A stretch of DNA of 64,000 bases, taken from assembly GCA_020137815.1 (NCBI GenBank), contig CM035351.1, positions 6,944,001-7,008,000 on the forward strand, written 5' to 3'. A program made the translations under genes and the position numbers. Position 1 is the first letter of the stretch; each line of letters opens with the position of its first letter. The notes beneath the pieces were generated by a model that worked only from the letters and a program-made list of their open reading frames with translations, was not told the DNA's origin and did no database searches. Positions 15,701 through 26,763 of this stretch are shown piece after piece. Source of the DNA: Hormiphora californensis (taxonomy: Eukaryota; Animalia; Ctenophora).

Positions 15701-16609
15701 CAACACAGGACCCTTCTCTATAGCCGTGCTACCCTTCTGTAGGGCTTGTCGGGCTGAGAGTGCAGCGGAGGGATGGCGCTCAACTGTTATCCGTTCAGTA
15801 GGGGGAGGGGGTACTGAGGATGGGGGTCTGAGGATGCCCTGGGGGAGGCCAGACGTGGTGGAGATACTGGGAAGTGCAGCTGGGGGCTGAGATGTTTGAG
15901 AGGTGGAATGGGCAGGTCGTGCTGTAGGAGTACTGGCACCTACAACTTTCTCAGATTTTAGGGAGGAAAGATTGGAGGACAGGTTACTGGTGGTTGTACT
16001 GGTGTTAGTACGAGTGTAGGACGACTCTGTACCAGTATGATCACGTGATCTATCACGTGATCTATCACGTGATATATCACGTGACGTGTTACTGTACCCA
16101 CTCTCCACCCTCTCCACAACACAAGGTGAACTCTCCTCACCGTCCCTAGTTGGAATGAGGTCTACCTCCCCAACGGTAACTATGGAAACAGAACTCGAGG
16201 TGATGCTGGGTGCCACTAGATGCACACTGTCATCCACCATTACCCCACTAATCCTAGCTGGTGTGCGGTGCCCCGTCACCTGCTCCTCTACTAATGATCT
16301 CTGCTCCTCCATAAAACTTGATCTCTCACCCTCTCTTAGAGTTGATCTCTCTCCCTCCCTGACAGTTGATCTCTCTCCCTCTCTGAGAGTTGATCTCTCT
16401 CCCTCTCTGATAGTTGATCTCTCTTCCTCTCTGATAGTTGATCTCTCTCCCTCTCTGATAGTTGATCTCTCACTGCATCCTGACCTCCTCATAACATCTT
16501 CAGTGCTCAGTTCCCGGACCTTCCTAGCCTTGATCCGGACACTACTACAGGAGGAACTACTGAGGAGGCTGTCGACTGCTGCTGTGGTTATCCGCAGAAT
16601 GTCAGCCAT
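12791..16609 (-). CDS. KIAA0586: TALPID3 (KIAA0586)-like centriolar protein, single long coding exon
   Basis: 1272-aa ORF. AAAVAAAVAATAPYHQLQRDVQVQL resembles the conserved TALPID3 N-terminal AAATAAAIATAAP-coiled-coil motif; central coiled coil; C-terminal SEGE-type motifs (ISAGEI, LSEGEW). A splice acceptor (ctaac...tag) directly precedes the ATG. Confidence 0.7.
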   Translation of the reverse strand: MADILRITTAAVDSLLSSSSCSSVRIKARKVRELSTEDVMRRSGCSERSTIREGERSTIREEERSTIREGERSTLREGERSTVREGERSTLREGERSSFMEEQRSLVEEQVTGHRTPARISGVMVDDSVHLVAPSITSSSVSIVTVGEVDLIPTRDGEESSPCVVERVESGYSNTSRDISRDRSRDRSRDHTGTESSYTRTNTSTTTSNLSSNLSSLKSEKVVGASTPTARPAHSTSQTSQPPAALPSISTTSGLPQGILRPPSSVPPPPTERITVERHPSAALSARQALQKGSTAIEKGPVLVRRATTEQHVIPDQSSQIAAAVAAAVAATAPYHQLQRDVQVQLERLAAQLEDRKQEKQQHADIRSDVSKDLGGSGCPQAHMTDPTLDLTLLPEVATPLNPRSVPVPRTAPRPSAVEIRQRFIDQAVERDREDERERAGEKQLHIMREGQRRLEEMDLKMRDALAEVKRTRNEVEELRRSEKSRPLADKYLAEIQSRDVPRRDASHYTTPAYILEARQLLREAEERKREVDEGRFALDATFNCERTGEAEAEIERKVAAAMDKVNQELKEERMKGKKKKPAQKENIPEKKKTTAKMRKDKLSLADKKLLYEKVRKENEHQRIKANLGYLRKQEDQILPVIQDSRTTRRVDHDLPRSISLGSRMVPETSSTPLCPRSVSRYRDVSAGISRLEEDRKADVGVGRTPLTERSVGVGVTHIEEREDIGVGVTHLEEREDIGVGVSMVDQVDVSCGVSPLHQLINRHLPDETNTSDLLTSSSEESFVHFVRGGRERREVATTPPPTKRVEWKPQQHISRYSEPQQPRYTEPLTSTREQCLGEIEDAILERLLQEDDDPGVDEELRALLGEEVYRGAKAAGLTPHQIHALVAEVIAEETEGRIAQRIEAGGQVTEGQIGKAQSESVKEASYSGNTFEEITDSSRTTSSLSIVVTPSFTRSSRSSSGNKSPPFSPNTPSMSPEPFLSPRDIDDMSDEMSINELPTRQPRPPVEPKQRAPIMNNTLEDTLEQVPLDLTDQEISYRQVYTPGLTVATSPTQQHDPMIGNQSIGVETPRETDHSLISQHPLDHTEEDGEEEEEVMVGDPRSSSTMHSSVMTVSYSVTDNPISAGEILPGGVPSELSLLGGPLSEGEWPLSPGNIAALQAIRDPQIRHVYEMRTNAAPSPSQQHQQQSPHYSPVQPAPPPAPEDRKPPTPARRPSLTTPSPLPKTQSAENFETLELVTPLPDASPSPPPFLGLNLEDYSYSEGGVTGSDSF

Positions 16610-17006
16610 CTAGATAGGAGAGAGGAGGGTTAGATTTTGTTTTACTCAATGTGTTGGGGTACTTCCCTACTTGTTGGTAGAGAGGTACCCCACCCTGCAG
16701 GCTGTTATAGTGAACACATATTACCATCATGTTTAATGTTTATAGGTTAAGTAATAAAGCGTGAAACTTTTAATGCAAGACTGTTTTTGTTTCGTGAAGG
16801 AAAATTAATTCATAAAAACTGAAATACCCAAAAATTACCAGTTACAACAAAACGTTAGCCGTATCAACGGCCTATACAACAACAGATAAGATCTAAAATC
16901 TACATACAGAACGTAAAATAATTCATCTACACACAGTCACACACATTTTAATGTCTAATTCTACAAACGGCTGCAAAAAATGAGGATCTAGATTTAAAGT
17001 CTAAAA

Positions 17007-17614
17007 TCATAGACTCTTCTCCAGGACTTCTCCCTCTAGGAGCTCTAGGGGTACCGGACCCAAGGCCAGGAGCAAATCGTGGAACTTGGCGAGATCAAAG
17101 TTGGGTTTCTGCTTCATTTTCTCTCTAACCTCCAACAATTTCAGTTGACCAACCTGGAAAAGGTGTTGTTAAGTTTATACTTAGTTTAGTGAGAAACATG
17201 TTAGAACATAGTATCTGACATGGTTTATCACAGTTCTGCACTAGACGTGAAATATTAATTAATATTAATTAATAGTTTACCTTGTAAGAACAGGCTTGTC
17301 CAGGAAGTACACAGTATCTGTCAACCTCATCTTCAGCCTCCCGTGAGGTCATACCCGTGGAACGCTTCATAAAGTCAACCGCCTGGGAAAGAGAGAGGAG
17401 GAGGATATTAACAACTCAGAACAGGAAAGGTTTTGGAGAAGTTTTAAGAGTTAGTTTTGTTAATTTTGAAATCACCATCATCGCACCTTTTCTCTTGGCC
17501 ACTTGAAGTAGTGAAGTCCCGTGTCCACCACTAGTCGTGAGGCCCTTAGTAACTCTGCCGTGAAATATCCCAACAAGCTATACCCATCCGTCCCATCTGC
17601 TTCCTTATAAAATC
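17007..17614 (-). pseudogene. Duplicated last three exons of the DUF885 gene (17614-17487, 17382-17281, 17153-17007)
   Basis: Intact reading frame and splice sites, matching 19775-19161 with mostly synonymous changes. Confidence 0.8.
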
Positions 17615-18775
17615 CTGGGAAAATGGAAGGATAGAACTGGGCCGGGGAGCTGTTCTGGGTACGGGTACAGACCGGGGGTTTAGAGGAGTAGCAACTTCGG
17701 GTAACAGAGTCAGATCTAGGGTCGGGTCGGTCATGTGGGCCTGTGGACATCCACTATTACCCAAATCTTTAGATACATCAGACCGGATATCCACATGTTG
17801 CTGTTTCTCTTGTTTCCTGTCCTCCAACTGAGCAGCCAGTCTCTCCAGCTGCAGCTGCACATCTCTCTGTAACTGGTGGTAAGGTGCTGTAGCAGCAACT
17901 GCAGCCGCCACCGCAGCCGCGATCTGAGATGATTGGTCAGGCATCACGTGTTGTTCTGTTGTAGCTCTTCTAACCAATACAGGACCCTTCTCTATAGCCG
18001 TGCTGCCCTTCTGCAGGGCTTGTCGGGCTGAGAGTGCTGCGGAGGGATGGCGCTCAACTGTTATCCGTTCAGTAGGGGGAGGGGGTACTGAGGATTGGGG
18101 TCTGAGGATGCCCTGGGGGAGGCCAGACGTGGTGGATATACTGGGAAGGGCAGCTGGGGGCTGTGTGGTTTGAGAGGTGGAATGGGCAGGTCGTCCTGTT
18201 GGAGTACTGGCACCTACCACTTTCTCAGATTTTAGGGAGGACAGATTGGAGGACAGGTTACTGGTGGCTGTACTGGTGTTAGTACGAGTGTAGGACGACT
18301 CTGTAACAGTATGATCACGTGACGTGTTACTGTACCCACTCTCCACCCTCTCCACAACACAAGGTGAACTCTCCTCACCGTCCCTAGTTGGAATGAGGTC
18401 TACCTCTCCAACGGTAACTATGGAAACAGAACTCGATGTGATACTGGGTGCAACTAGATGCACACTGTCATCCACCATTACCCCACTAATCCTAGCTGGT
18501 GTGCGGTGCTCCGTCACCTGCTCCTCTACTAATGATCTCTGCTCCTCCATAAAACTTGATCTCTCTCCCTCTCTGATAGTTGATCTCTCTCCCTCTCTGA
18601 TAGTTGATCTCTCTCCCTCTCTGATAGTTGATCTCTCACTGCATCCTGACCTCCTCATAACATCTTCAGTACTCAGTTCCCGGACCTTTCTAGCCTTGAT
18701 CCGGACACTACTACAGGAGGAACTACTGAGGAGGCTGTCTACTGCTGCTGTGGTTATCCGCAGAATGTCAGCCAT
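17546..18775 (-). pseudogene. 5'-partial duplicate of TALPID3-like gene, reading into a DUF885 intron/exon in another frame
   Basis: 409-aa ORF nearly identical to the N-terminus of 12791-16609 up to PRTAPRPS, then unrelated tail SILPFSQDF... Confidence 0.85.
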
Positions 18776-19160
18776 CTAGATAGGGGAGAGAGGAGGGTTA
18801 GATATTATTCTACTCAATGTGTTGGGGTACTTCCCTACTTGCTGGTAGAGAGGTACCCCACCCTGTTATAGTGAACACATATTACCATCATGTTTAATGT
18901 TTACAGGTTAAGTAATAAAGCGTGAAACTTTTAATGCAAGACTGTTTTTGTTTCGTGAAGGAAAATTAATTCATAAAAACTGAAATACCCAAAAATTACC
19001 AGATACAACAAAACGTTAGCCGTATCAACGGCCTATACAACAACAGGTCTAAAATCTACATACAGAACGTAAAATAATTCATCTACACACAGTCACACAC
19101 ATTTTAATGTCTAATTCTACAAACGGCTGCAAAAAATGAGGATATATTTAAAGTCTAAAA

Positions 19161-21675
19161 TCATAGACTCTTCTCCAGGACTTCTCCCTCTAGGAGCTCT
19201 AGGGGTACCGGACCCAATGCCAGGAGCAAATCGTGAAACTTGGCTAGATCAAAGTTGGGCTTCTGCTTCATTTTCTCTCTAACCTCCAACAATTTCAGTT
19301 GACCAACCTGGAAAGGGTTGTTGTTAAGTTTATACTTAGTTTGGTGAAAAACATGTTAGAACATTTTGTCTGACACGGTTTATCACAGTTCTGCACTAGA
19401 CGTGAAATATTAATTAATATTAATTAATAGTTTACCTTGTAAGAACAGGCTTGTCCAGGAAGTACACAGTATCTGTCAACCTCATCTTCAGCCTCCCGTG
19501 AGGTCATACCCGTGGAACGCTTCATAAAGTCAACCGCCTGGGAAAGAGAGAGGAGGAGGATATTAACAACTTAGAACAGGAAAGGTTTTGGAGAAGTTTG
19601 TTATAAAATAGTACTTTTTATTCATTTTGAAATCACCATCATAGCACCTTTTCTCTTGGCCACTTGAAGTAGTGGAGTCCCGTATCGACGACTAGTCGTG
19701 AGGCCCTTAGTAACTCTGCCGTGAAATATCCCAACAAGCTATACCCATCCGTCCCATCTGATTCCTTATAAAATCCTGGGAGAATGGAAGGATAGAAAGA
19801 TAGAGACGGTGGATTGACTTGTAGTCAGTATAGTGGAGAAATCATTAATCAAGATGTAGAGATGCAAACAATGCTTGCCAATGTAGTATGTGTTATTGAG
19901 GAATAAAGCTGCTGTACTAGTATGAGTGTAATCGCATGATGGTTGTTCATATATGAAGACTATTGTTATGTGGTATTGCTCAACTCACCTATCTCCCGTC
20001 CAATGTGCTCAGAATAGAGGCCCCACCCCTCAATATACGCATTGAAGGTCCCCTCTTCCTCCGACCACACTCTCCTAAAGTACGGGAGGTCCTTGTTCTC
20101 TATATTCAGGGATATCTGGAAATGGTGGCCAGGTACTGATTCATGTGCCACTAACGTCCTCATTTGACACTTGTTCTGACTCTTGATATAAGCTGTATTG
20201 GCATAGAACGTCCCTGGTCTAATCAGATCAATAGAGCCAGCGAAGTAGCATGCTGCTGCTCCTCCCTCACTCATAGATATGGGCATGGGTTTAATAGTAC
20301 ATTTACTGGTGGGTGTAATATTGAACATGTCCTGAACCATACCAGATACAATCTCCAGTAGTGATCTATACTCCCTGATACACTCCTCCGCCTCCTCATC
20401 TTTGTACAGGAACTGCTCATCCTCACCTAGAATCCTGAGGTTCTCCTCAACTGAGTTTTCAGCACTCAGAGTCATATCACCCCTCGCATTCAACTCACCC
20501 ACCACCTCATTAAACTGCTGGAATAACTTTGCGACCTGCTCCTCGCCCAACTTGTGGACTTGTTCCGGTGTTAGGTCAGTGGTTGTTTCCCACTTCAGAC
20601 ATCTCGCGTAGTACTCCTTACCCCTGGGTAACTTCCACAGACCAGCATCATCGGATGAAGACTCCAGACAGACGGTTAGAGCATCTAGTAGACACTTGTA
20701 AGCTGGTATCACCGTCTCCTCCGTTGCTGACCTTATCTTCTCCCTCCAGTCCTCAGAGAGATCCTTCCAGAGCCGTTCCACGGATGAAATCAGGACTTTA
20801 CCACCACTCAGGTCATCCATAATGGACTTAATACTCCGGATCATTTTCTCAAGGCACACCTTGGGAACAACCACCCCTCCCTTCCTCTTCTCCTCTATAT
20901 CATCTGCTACCCTGTTGAACCTGTTGCGAACTGCTCTCAACCTCATCACATATAGCTCTAGATCCGATTCTTTGGTGATGGGGGCGAAGTCCGTCATCAG
21001 CAGGAGAAACATACAGTGAACCCCTCCCAGCTGCTCCAAAGGGTAGATCTGATCTTTGAAATCGGCCTTCCCATTTTCCAACATCCACTTTAAAATCTTA
21101 AGGCTCGTTTCTTGACATTCATTGGGCGGTGGACTCCATTGCCCCGCCTCAATTGCTTCCATTGTTTGCTTCCTTGCTTCACTTTCCAATACATCTTGTT
21201 TCTCAGAAGGGGCATCTGATAGGTAACCATGGTGATTCCTGATACCCGCCTGCTCAAGGAAACCCATGAAGGAAAGCAACTCTGGTTTACCCAGATTCCA
21301 CTGCAGAAATACCCGCTCGAAGAAGTGATCAACATTGACCGGTGTGAAGTTGTTTCCACCTTCCATCCAATCCATTACAGCCTCATCTGAAGACTTGCCA
21401 CTGGTTGGGCCCAATAACTCTGTGATAATAGTCTGATCATCTTCTGGGTTTTCTGAGGAAATATGAAAGAGGGATTACTAATATGCAGGATATATGACTT
21501 GTGTAGCTCACACCGCGTCAGGGTAGATCAGAAATGAGTGACTTATTACTTCAATACTACTCAAGTACATGTCACCTGATGCAATGAGTTCCTTGGCTGC
21601 TGCTCCCTGGTCTCTCATGACCAGCACCGCGGCCCTGAAGACCAGTCCGGCGGGGAGGCCATACAACAATGTCAT
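19161..21675 (-). CDS. DUF885-family protein (bacterial-type, HExxPGHH metallopeptidase-like motif) with spliceosomal introns; 5' end uncertain
   Basis: Exons about 21675-21575, 21452-19989, 19775-19648, 19537-19436, 19307-19161. Motifs [70 protein letters not shown]. Confidence 0.88.
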
Positions 21676-22189
21676 GGCTGCAGCTACAGGGGCACATTGG
21701 GTTAATAAGGTACTGCTACAGGGACACAATGGGTCAATAAGGTACTGCTACAGCGGCACAATGGGTTAATAAACACGAGAAAGGTACTGCAATACACTCG
21801 GGGTGTTAGCTAAAGACACGTAGTTGGAGGAAAATCATTTTGCCAACACTAAATAAATCTTTAGCGGAAAATAAATACTGTACACACCAGGTGGATAAAT
21901 TTACACATTTACAATATATATCACGCTCCTGTATTACGTAGGGACGAGGGGCGGGACTTCATACTATTCACACGTTATGACAATGACAATCACTGAGAGC
22001 GGGGTGCCTCAAAAATTTAATCAGGCTTCCTGGAATAATGAAATGAGCCTCTTGGAGCTCTTTGTTCCTTCAAGAATATAGTCTGGTAGGTATCCGGTAT
22101 CCCGAGTTATATTCATAGATATCTTCCAAGAATAGGGCCTGGGCCGTGGCAGGTACCCCGACAGCTATTCGCATATAACATCACACATA

Positions 22190-23880
22190 TCAAAGAAGGG
22201 TGAAATACTGCTTCAGCTGTGCAAGGAGATTCTTAGAGTCCACGTGACTAGGGAATGCCTCAATCGACTTCCTCACTTCCTTGTAACTAGTATTTAGATC
22301 CCCCTGACTCTCTGACAATATAGAGAGGTTATAATGTGCCTCATACAGCTCCTGATTAATACTAATAGCAGCCAGGAAGTAGGCCCTTGCCTGCTCAACT
22401 TTACCCTTTCTCATTTCCAGCACTGCCAAGTTATTATACGCCTCAGCATGGTTGTTATCTGATATAAGGGCCAGTTGGAAGGCCTGGTATGCGAGGTTAC
22501 TGTCCCCAATACCCACGGCCACATGCCCGATATTGTACCACACATCGGCTGCTGATTCCTTGTTAGATAATGTCACAGCTCTCTCAAAACATGTTAGTGC
22601 CATGTCGTACTGCTGAGAGTAGAAGCAACATAGGGCAATGTTAGTATATAGTTCAGAGTTGGAGATACCCATCTGGAGAAGTCGTCTGAAGGACCTCAGG
22701 GCGATCTCTGGCATGTCCGAGTAGAAGTTGTGAGTACCAATACACGCAATGGCCTCTACACAGGATGCATCAAACTGGAACACACTCTTGTACCACTTGA
22801 CCGACTGATCAGTGTCCCCCAGCCCCTCGTGTACCCGAGCACACCCAATAATTAGTGACACCTCCCCCGGGAACTCCTCGATACCTTTGGCGAATAGATC
22901 AAGGGCAGCTAGGGGCTGGTCCAGCCTAATGTACACTTTAGCCAGGTACAGATAGTTGTCCACTGTGCTTTGTTGTCGGAGGGCTGAGTGAAACTGCTTC
23001 TCGGCATCCCGGAATAAACTGAGGCGGTAATAACACTTTCCCAGTTGCTGCTTCCACCACCAGTCCTCATACTGCGACGCCTGGAAAGAGAGAGGAGGGT
23101 GGGTGAGAAAGAGGAAAATGCTGAGTGGGTAATAGGGAGAAATATTGAAACAGTATTGTACACTGTACATGTGCGTATTGAAAAATGACAGGGAGGAAAT
23201 AAAAAACCTGCTACTCAACAATGTTGAGTCAACACAACATGTGTGTACCTGTGTAGCTAGAGCGGCAAGATCAAGTGCGTTCCTGATATCGTTCTCATGG
23301 TAAAAGAGGTAATCAAAGAGCACCCTATTTAGTCCATGTCTCTCAGCATACTTGGATAAGTTCAACTGGGCCGTGTTAATGAAGGGGACCATCAGGTTCG
23401 GACAACATGGAGGCAGTACCCAGTCTGACAAACCGTCCCGAGGCACTGGTAACTGGCCGGGCGGTGTGAGCTGTACGGGGTGTCATAATGGCCTGTTCCA
23501 TGGTCCCTGGCCGGCCTGACTTAGTACCTGGACGCACAAAACCACTGACGGGCCTCCCTGACTGGGACATGGGCCTGACGCTCTGTGAGCTGGAACTACC
23601 CTGGGCGGCAGTGGCAGGTTTTTTGAAGGATGTTCCTGGACGTGCTACCTGTGCTATCGTATTGTCATCCATCAACATCTCAGCTATACCATCATCATCT
23701 GCCTCAACTTCGTCAATATACACTTTCTCCTGTGAGCGCCTTGGCCTTCATGAACCAAGCTCCCTGGTCATAGGGGTTCTTCTCCAGCATATGGGTACAG
23801 ATATCGATACACTGGTCAAACTTCCGCCGTCTCAGATAACTCCTGGCCATAAACAGCGGATCCAACTGATGCTCAATCAT
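22190..23880 (-). CDS. TTC8: TTC8/BBS8 (BBSome TPR subunit), two apparent +1 frameshifts
   Basis: LDPLFMARSYLRRRKFDQCIDIC, RPGTMEQAIMTPRTAHTARPVTSASGRFVRLGTASML, DWWWKQQLGKCYYRL, TPR array. Intron 23248-23081; extra bases in short homopolymers near 23730 and 23385. Confidence 0.95.
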
Positions 23881-23899
23881 TTCTGGTAAACTTCCTGAG

Positions 23900-24620
23900 C
23901 TAAAATAATAATATGTTGTTATTTTTGTTATTTATTAGCCGCACCTGAAGGCTGAAATCATACGTGGCAGCATATTGTTATGTTCTAACCATCCCTTTAC
24001 ATTTGTGCGGGGCTCGCGAAAGGCAGTCTAGCTTGGCAAGGCAGCATACACATCTTGAAAATTGGAAAAATTCGGATGTAACTTTTAACCATTAAGATTT
24101 ACTGGCGCTTATCAGGGACTTTTGTAGGTCAAAATGTAGGGGTTAGCATAAGCCGATAAGCTCCATACTCCTTGGCCACCAGGCTAACCGCCAGTCGCCA
24201 CATTTTCAAATTCTAGATTTTTTTTAAATTAAAAAAAGAAAACAACCATGTTTCCTTTTTTTGAACAGGCAGACTCCCAAATGAGCCGCGGCCGCGGGGT
24301 ATATATCTTGCGCTGCCGCGTTCCAAGCCGCGCGATTTCGAAATTTATTGGTTGCGCGGGTCAAACTTTTCAAGATGGCCGTTTTTTACTTTTTTTAATT
24401 TTACTTTTTTCAAGTTTGATTCATTTTCGAGACTGAATCAAGGTCGAGTAATGCGGGAAGTTAAATGAAGGGACATGGGCATAACCATTACTTCTTCTAG
24501 CAATGTAATGCCGACCAAATTTGGTGTAACCCGTGTCGCACATGACCGCCTACTTCTGAGTTTCTTTTTCAGCAATATTCTCCCGCCATTAACCGTGCGA
24601 ATTGTTACTTTAAATTTGTT
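23900..24620. promoter_or_regulatory. Probable bidirectional promoter region between divergent TTC8 and DHRS4
   Basis: Head-to-head gap of ~750 bp with a CpG/CGCG-rich core (24285-24360) flanked by AT-rich sequence; function is inferred. Confidence 0.45.
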
Positions 24621-24633
24621 AAATCTCTAGAAA

Positions 24634-25412
24634 ATGAGTTGCACGCGACTCCTGAACAGAGTAGCAGTAGTTACGGGATCAACAGCTGGTATCGGATTTG
24701 CGATTGCCAAACGCTTGGCCCTGGAAGGTGCCAAGGTCGTTGTTTCAAGTCGCAAGCAGGATAACGTGGACAAGGCCGTTGAAAATCTCAGATCTGAGGG
24801 ACTAGATGTGACTGGCCAGGTGTGTAATGTATCCAGAGCAGAGGAACGAGCAGCTCTTCTACAGCACGTGCAAGATACACACGGAGGGAAGTTAGACATC
24901 CTAGTGAGTAATGTGGGGACTAACCCTCACCTTGGACCAATCATTACGTGTGACGAGGATAATTGGAATAAGATCATGTTTAATAATGTCACTGCGAGTG
25001 CCCTTCTAGCATCTAGTTTTACACCTTGTATGTCAGGAGGTGGAAACATTGTATTTGTTTCCTCGGTTGCTGGATTCCAGCCAATCCCCTTTATCGGAGC
25101 GTACTCGGTCAGCAAAGCTGCTCTCATATCACTCACCAAGGGTCTTGCTAAACGAACTGGCCGGAGCTAAGATCAGAGTGAATTGTATTGCACCAGGGAT
25201 TATTGAAACAGATTTTAGTTCAGCCCTGACCAGCAATGAAAAGATGATGAAGGGGGCTCTTGCTGGTATACCCCTGAGACGTGTCGGATCAGCTGAATGA
25301 GTGTGCCGGGGCTGTGGCATTCTTGGCATCTGATGATGCTTCCTATATTACAGGAGAGACAATCTGCATGACGGGAGGAGCTCCTGTTACGAGTGTAAAA
25401 TATTTGATTTGA
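24634..25412 (+). CDS. DHRS4: Short-chain dehydrogenase/reductase DHRS4-like, intronless, with apparent frameshifts
   Basis: VAVVTGSTAGIGFAIA, VVSSRKQDNVD, LDILVSN, YSVSK, IRVNCIAPGIIETDFS, AVAFLASDDASYITGE. Extra A near 25151 and 25297; exact stop uncertain (25398-25412). Confidence 0.9.
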
Positions 25413-25482
25413 ATAAGACTCTTGATCACAATTAAAATTTATAGAGATCATATTGATTTGTTAATTGTAACAATGTTTTAGG

Positions 25483-26415
25483 ATGATTCGTAGATTACTC
25501 CCCAAATCACCTCCACCTCTCGATGCCTGTCTGATTTTGTTAAAGTTGTGGAAGTTGGACCCAGAGATGGCCTCCAAAATGTTAAAAGTGTTGTCCCGAC
25601 CGAGATCAAGGTAGAGCTGATAGACCGTCTCTCGGGGTGTGGATTTAAATCTATCGAGTGTACAAGTTTCGTCTCACCCAAGTGGGTGCCCCAGTTGGCG
25701 GACAGTGGGGCAGTGTTGACCCAGATATCCCGACTCCCTGGGGTCTCTTATCCCGTTCTGGTACCAAATATGAAGGGTCTAACTGGGGCATTGGAGCACA
25801 ATGTCACAGAAATAGGAATCTTCACTGCTGCTTCGGAGGCTTTCTGCAAGAAAAACATCAATTGTTCCATTGAGGAGAGTTTTGAGAGATTTTCACCCAC
25901 TATCCAGCTAGCCAAGGAGAGGGGAGTGGCAGTGCGAGGGTATGTTTCATGTGTGGCAGGGTGCCCATATCAGGGGGCAGTGGATGCTAAAACGGTTGCC
26001 ATGGTAGTCTGAGAAACTGCTAGAGATGGGGTGTTTTGAGGTGAGTCTAGGTGACACCATCGGTGTTGGAACACCCGCTAAAATAAAGGAAATTCTCACT
26101 GAACTTAGCGGCATTCCGTTTACTAACCTAGCTCTCCATTGCCATGACACCTACGGACAGGCCCTGGCTAATGTCTCTACAGGTCTAGATATGGGGATCA
26201 GGGTGTTTGATAGTAGTGTGTCGGGGTTGGGTGGGTGTCCATATGCCCGGGGTGCTAGTGGCAACGTGGCTACTGAAGACCTGTTGTACCTTCTGGAAGG
26301 TGCAGGTGCAGAAACGGGTGTTAGTCTTGACAAGGTTATCGAGACGGGGGTGTTTATATCGGACTTTCTGGGCAGGGCGAACGGCAGTAAAGTGGCTCTT
26401 GCTAGGAGCAAATGA
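25483..26415 (+). CDS. HMGCL: Hydroxymethylglutaryl-CoA lyase, intronless, with apparent frameshifts
   Basis: [71 protein letters not shown]; frame breaks near 25500 and 26008. Confidence 0.95.
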
Positions 26416-26763
26416 ACTTCAGAAATTGTTTTGGTGAATTTTTAATGTTAAATTATTCGTGGAACGTGTTTGTAGTATCTTGGTATTATCTTATTCTTTA
26501 CATTTCTAACATGCGTTATCAATATAAACCTTGTCTCTCTTGAATGTAATAGAACCTACTCATATTTCCACACTACTGACGTTTCTAATGTACAACAACG
26601 TCATCCAAAGTGCTAACTCTTATCTTTAATACCCCAACTCTACACTCGACTTCAATTTCTCGGTTTTCACTCGCCTAAAATATATATATAACTACTCAAC
26701 TAATTATTATTACTGATATTACTCACGTTATGCATCAATATGTGAAACAGGTACAGATGTGAT

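Larger units (their letters stand above)
15363..19797. repeat. Tandem duplication of ~2.2 kb (15363-17636 and 17637-19797)
   Basis: Near-identical copies; junction ...ggaaggatagaa|ctgggccggggag... at 17636/17637 joins a DUF885 intron end to TALPID3 coding sequence. Confidence 0.93.

Noticed and set aside
21960-22175. Possible upstream DUF885 exon or small gene directly after the TTC8 stop
   Set aside because: Frames contain stops and lie next to the error-prone zone; no reliable exon model.
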